Shown: positions 26,303 through 29,271 of the stretch, in pieces | Layout: every line of letters starts with the position of its first letter | How positions within the stretch are numbered: position 1 is the first letter of the stretch | Assembly: GCA_964491705.1 (NCBI GenBank) | Contig: CAZBHY010000003.1 | Coordinates: 1-29,271 of the forward strand | DNA from: an uncultured Planctomycetales bacterium | Lineage (GTDB): Bacteria > Omnitrophota > Gorgyraeia > Zapsychrales > JANLHA01 | Length of the DNA stretch: 29,271 nt | Direction of reading: 5' to 3' | Program-made: the position numbers and the translations under genes | The notes under the pieces: generated by a model | Seen by the model: only the letters and a program-made list of their open reading frames with translations | Database searches by the model: none | What the model was told of the DNA's origin: nothing

Positions 26303-27184
26303 CTATCTGTCTGCGCTCTCAATGCAACACCCCTTAGGCCATCGATCCAAATACTCAGAAATCACCTGCTGATGATCAAAGGCATAAGAATAATTTAAAA
26401 GTTCTGACCGCCCCAACACCCGAAGATTCCCAGCGTCATCTCCCGCCTTAGGGATGCCAACTCCCCGAGCGATAAAAACTGTTGAAACCGTATGAAATCT
26501 GGGATCCCGCCTTGGATCGGAATATGTTTTAAATTGCCGAACATCCTGCAACGCCAAATCCGTCTCTTCTTTAATCTCTCTGGCGATGGCTGCCTCCAAA
26601 CTTTCGCCATAATCGACAAATCCCCCAGGCAATGCCCACCCGTACGGAGGGTTCGAGCGCTCAATAATCACAATGCCCTGCGGTAATTCAACAATAGCAT
26701 CGACTGTCACATAGGGCCCCATGCCCAGCGTATTCTGGACATGGGTCATATAACCAATCACATTCTTTTCCAAGATGTCAAAATGCTCGGTATCTGTCAC
26801 ACAAATATAAATTCTTTCCATATGATGCGGTGCGAACCGAAGGAATTTGAGCAATTCCTGAGCCAATACCTTCGCCGATGCCGATGGAGAAATAATCCCC
26901 TTTTCAAAACCAAACGGGAGCAACGCCAATGATTTGACATTCAGCTCAACGGCCTTATGCAATACGTCCGCGTATCCCTGCCGGACACATTCCACATCAT
27001 GCAGTGTTCGATCAAAATTCAAACGTGCAATAATGGTACATGAATGCCCTGTTCCGGCAATGACACTCACACCTTTCCCTTCCTGAACACCATCATCCTC
27101 AAGGGATTCCAACGCAACTGCATCCACGGAAAGACCTTCTCCGTCACCTTGAACAATTTCGATGTTAACATCACAAATCGTCAT
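26303..27184 (-). CDS. Fusion of a degenerate macrodomain and a Nudix hydrolase (ADP-ribose pyrophosphatase-like)
   Basis: C-terminal half: [36 protein letters not shown] (Nudix box), [14 protein letters not shown] and KAGDDA. N-terminal half: IEIVQGD...VDAV...VKSLALLP, a macrodomain pattern. SD AAGGA; 14-nt overlap with the upstream gene. Confidence 0.85.
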   Translation of the reverse strand: MTICDVNIEIVQGDGEGLSVDAVALESLEDDGVQEGKGVSVIAGTGHSCTIIARLNFDRTLHDVECVRQGYADVLHKAVELNVKSLALLPFGFEKGIISPSASAKVLAQELLKFLRFAPHHMERIYICVTDTEHFDILEKNVIGYMTHVQNTLGMGPYVTVDAIVELPQGIVIIERSNPPYGWALPGGFVDYGESLEAAIAREIKEETDLALQDVRQFKTYSDPRRDPRFHTVSTVFIARGVGIPKAGDDAGNLRVLGRSELLNYSYAFDHQQVISEYLDRWPKGCCIESADR

Positions 27185-28640
27185 TATTTTCCTTGGGTAA
27201 AAATCCCGGTAAAGCCATCGCTGCTATTTTTCCCGCCATGGCCAAAGCCTGCTTGACCGTATTCACCTTACCTGTCGCCTGCGCCTCTTGAACCTCTTTT
27301 AGGATTTTAGAAAAAAGTGGAGATGGTTGCAACCCTAATCTCTGAATTAAATCATGGCCGTTAATCAAGGGAATAATCGGCTGCTGTTTCTGCTGCTGAA
27401 AAAAAAGATCAATCACATCCAAACAGACCGCGTCATGATGGGCCGCCTCTTCCTCGGTGGTCATCGGCCCTCGTGTTGCCCGCTGATCCGCTCGGGCCAA
27501 TAACGCAATGCTCGCGGCCTCTGTCCCTGTATCACGAAAATAACGGAACATCGCCTTAGCACTGGGACGTTTCAAATTCGAGAGATAGCCGGGCCGCAGA
27601 TGGAACTGAACCATGTCCCCAAGAATATGGCGCTCACGCCGAGACAATTTGAGCTGCTTGGCAACAGCAGCACTCAATGCCCGCCCGGCGTGTTCATGCC
27701 CATGAAAACAAATCCGTTCTCCTTGACGAACGCGGGTCTGGGGCTTCCCTACATCGTGCAGCACACACGCCAGTTTTAACAGCGCCTTGCGGCTCCGATG
27801 ACCGGCAATACGCTGATCGAGATATGACATCATATCCTGATCATGGTCATAGTGATCAATCAACATATCAATCTGCTGAACAGTTTCCAGGGCATGCATC
27901 CAGACATCCAAATGATGATACGTTCCCTGTTCAACCCCAAACATCACCCGCACCTGCGGAATCACCAATTCCAGCAATCCGGCACGATTCATTTCTTTGA
28001 GTACCTGCCCAGACCTGCAGGATTCAAAAATCTTAAATAACTCGTCGCGGATCCGTTCTGCAGAAACACTCCGAATGAGAAGACTGTCTTTTTTAATACG
28101 CAGCAACGTTGTCTTTTCGATGGAAAATCCTAAAACAGCACGCAATGCGAATGCCCGCAACAACCGCAGCGGATCCTGTTCAAATGCCTTGGCCGATACC
28201 ATCCGAATCACCCGTTTGTTCAGATCCTTCCGGCCCCCAAGATAATCCACGATATGCGCATCCAGGCTGGCGCCATCCCACAGCGCCATATCCACCGCAA
28301 ACGTATTGATCGTAAAATCCCGACAACGGACATCTTTTCTCAACGACTCCGCGCGAAAATCAGAAAAGTCAAATGTGAACATCTGGCCTTGCTGTTTTTT
28401 GACAACGCGGGCGCTGCCATGCTCTTGATCTAACAGAACAAACGCACCTTGAATATTCTGTGCGAATCGTTTCGCAAAAGAAATCGCATTGCGCTGGACA
28501 GCAAAATCATAATCATAAGTTTCCCGATCAAGGAGCCGATCCCGCAAGGCCCCTCCGACAAGAAAAACCTCAATATGACGTTGTTTTGTTATTTTTTGAA
28601 TAATGGAAAAATAAGAATGGATTTTTTCATTCATAAACAT
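27171..28640 (-). CDS. Class II tRNA nucleotidyltransferase with HD domain, probably CC-adding
   Basis: LVGGALRDRLL...DYDF, RDFTIN, DPLRLLR, VSAERIRDELFKI; HD domain HHLDVWMH...LHDVGKP...FHGHE. The flexible loop is missing (see findings). Confidence 0.9.
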   Translation of the reverse strand: MFMNEKIHSYFSIIQKITKQRHIEVFLVGGALRDRLLDRETYDYDFAVQRNAISFAKRFAQNIQGAFVLLDQEHGSARVVKKQQGQMFTFDFSDFRAESLRKDVRCRDFTINTFAVDMALWDGASLDAHIVDYLGGRKDLNKRVIRMVSAKAFEQDPLRLLRAFALRAVLGFSIEKTTLLRIKKDSLLIRSVSAERIRDELFKIFESCRSGQVLKEMNRAGLLELVIPQVRVMFGVEQGTYHHLDVWMHALETVQQIDMLIDHYDHDQDMMSYLDQRIAGHRSRKALLKLACVLHDVGKPQTRVRQGERICFHGHEHAGRALSAAVAKQLKLSRRERHILGDMVQFHLRPGYLSNLKRPSAKAMFRYFRDTGTEAASIALLARADQRATRGPMTTEEEAAHHDAVCLDVIDLFFQQQKQQPIIPLINGHDLIQRLGLQPSPLFSKILKEVQEAQATGKVNTVKQALAMAGKIAAMALPGFLPKENNDDL

Positions 28641-28658
28641 ACGCGCAACACAATGCCA

Positions 28659-29069
28659 TTATCCAGATGATTTGGACGTGCCCGCTTTCTCCAGAATGTC
28701 TTTCTCAACAAAGATGGGGGCCTTCGCGCGAACAGCCAACGCAATGCTGTCCGAAGGACGAGCATCAATATGACACGTCTGACCTTCTTTGGTCTTCAAG
28801 ACCAATTTCGCATGAAAAATATCATCCATCAACGCATCAATGACGACCCGCTCCAACACCGCACCCAGGCCATGAATCGTCGACAAAAGAAGATCGTGCG
28901 TTAACGGTCGCGGCAGTTCAAGGCCAGACAGCTTCATTTTAATACTCGAGGCCTCGATCAAACCGATCATGATCGGAAACTGACGGTCCCCGCCCTTTTC
29001 CTTCAAGATAATCACCTGATCCGTGTGCTTTTCATCAATAATAATTTTAAACAAATCAACCTGAATCAT
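28659..29069 (-). CDS. Bifunctional nuclease family protein (DUF151)
   Basis: FPIMIGLIEA, RPLTHDL, FHAKL and DARPSDSIALAVRAKAPIFV. Confidence 0.92.
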   Translation of the reverse strand: MIQVDLFKIIIDEKHTDQVIILKEKGGDRQFPIMIGLIEASSIKMKLSGLELPRPLTHDLLLSTIHGLGAVLERVVIDALMDDIFHAKLVLKTKEGQTCHIDARPSDSIALAVRAKAPIFVEKDILEKAGTSKSSG

Positions 29070-29070
29070 G

Positions 29071-29271
29071 CTAACCCTTCTTTCGGCTCTTTTCTTTTTC
29101 TAAAATACCCTGCAGCTCGCTCATAAACTGATTCACATCACGAAACTGCCGATACACAGACGCAAAACGCACATACGCCACTTCATCCAGGGCCGCCAAT
29201 TTTTTGACAACCTCTTCACCGATGACCGCAGCATCCACTTCACGGTCAAACCGTTTCTGAATCAATCGCTC
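29071..29271 (-). CDS. nrdR: Transcriptional repressor NrdR, C-terminal part (5' end outside the window)
   Basis: The frame is open to the window edge: ERLIQKRFDREV...IGEEVVKKLAALDEVAYVRFASVYRQFRDV. Confidence 0.93.
   Translation of the reverse strand, partial: ERLIQKRFDREVDAAVIGEEVVKKLAALDEVAYVRFASVYRQFRDVNQFMSELQGILEKEKSRKKG

Noticed and set aside
317-28670. The many + strand ORFs in the track (e.g. 2165-2728, 7301-7873, 8867-9454, 17314-17814)
   Set aside because: All are antisense to well-supported genes, show no recognisable motifs or SD sites, and look like codon-bias shadows.
1-29271. CRISPR arrays, tRNA/rRNA genes, transposases, integrases, defence systems
   Set aside because: No repeat-spacer periodicity, cloverleaf or recombinase/transposase motifs were seen, and the longest spacers (under 200 nt) are explained by promoters, terminators or palindromes.

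Overview
A 29.3 kb chromosomal segment from a diderm (LptD-encoding) bacterium. The gene set and order recall Candidatus Omnitrophota, but that is an inference and was not tested. All 30 supportable CDSs lie on the minus strand. Read right to left, in the direction of transcription, there are five blocks. (1) A tightly packed unit of nrdR (partial), bifunctional nuclease (DUF151), a class II tRNA nucleotidyltransferase-HD with CC-adding signatures, a degenerate macrodomain-Nudix fusion, DUF6485, a secreted coiled-coil protein, DUF296 and a 2TM-HAMP-like protein, closed by an intrinsic terminator. (2) miaA-hflX without hfq, then a membrane-anchored hypothetical protein. (3) A heat-shock operon (sigma70 promoter, CIRCE, short hrcA, grpE, archaeal-like dnaK, dnaJ, FmdB zinc ribbon), followed by two back-to-back palindromes. 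(4) DUF1015, accD, an orphan MalK-type ATPase and two membrane diguanylate cyclases. (5) An envelope and sugar-nucleotide operon (promoter, ROK kinase, lptD, ugd, a WbpA-like dehydrogenase, UDP-GlcA decarboxylase, HddC-like nucleotidyltransferase, polysaccharide deacetylase, DegT aminotransferase, partial GT2). I saw no rRNA, tRNA, CRISPR array or mobile element. The best leads are the macro-Nudix / CC-adding / nuclease unit, the orphan ATPase coupled to a cyclase pair, and the non-canonical HrcA/DnaK. All family calls come from motif recognition by eye; no database search was run.
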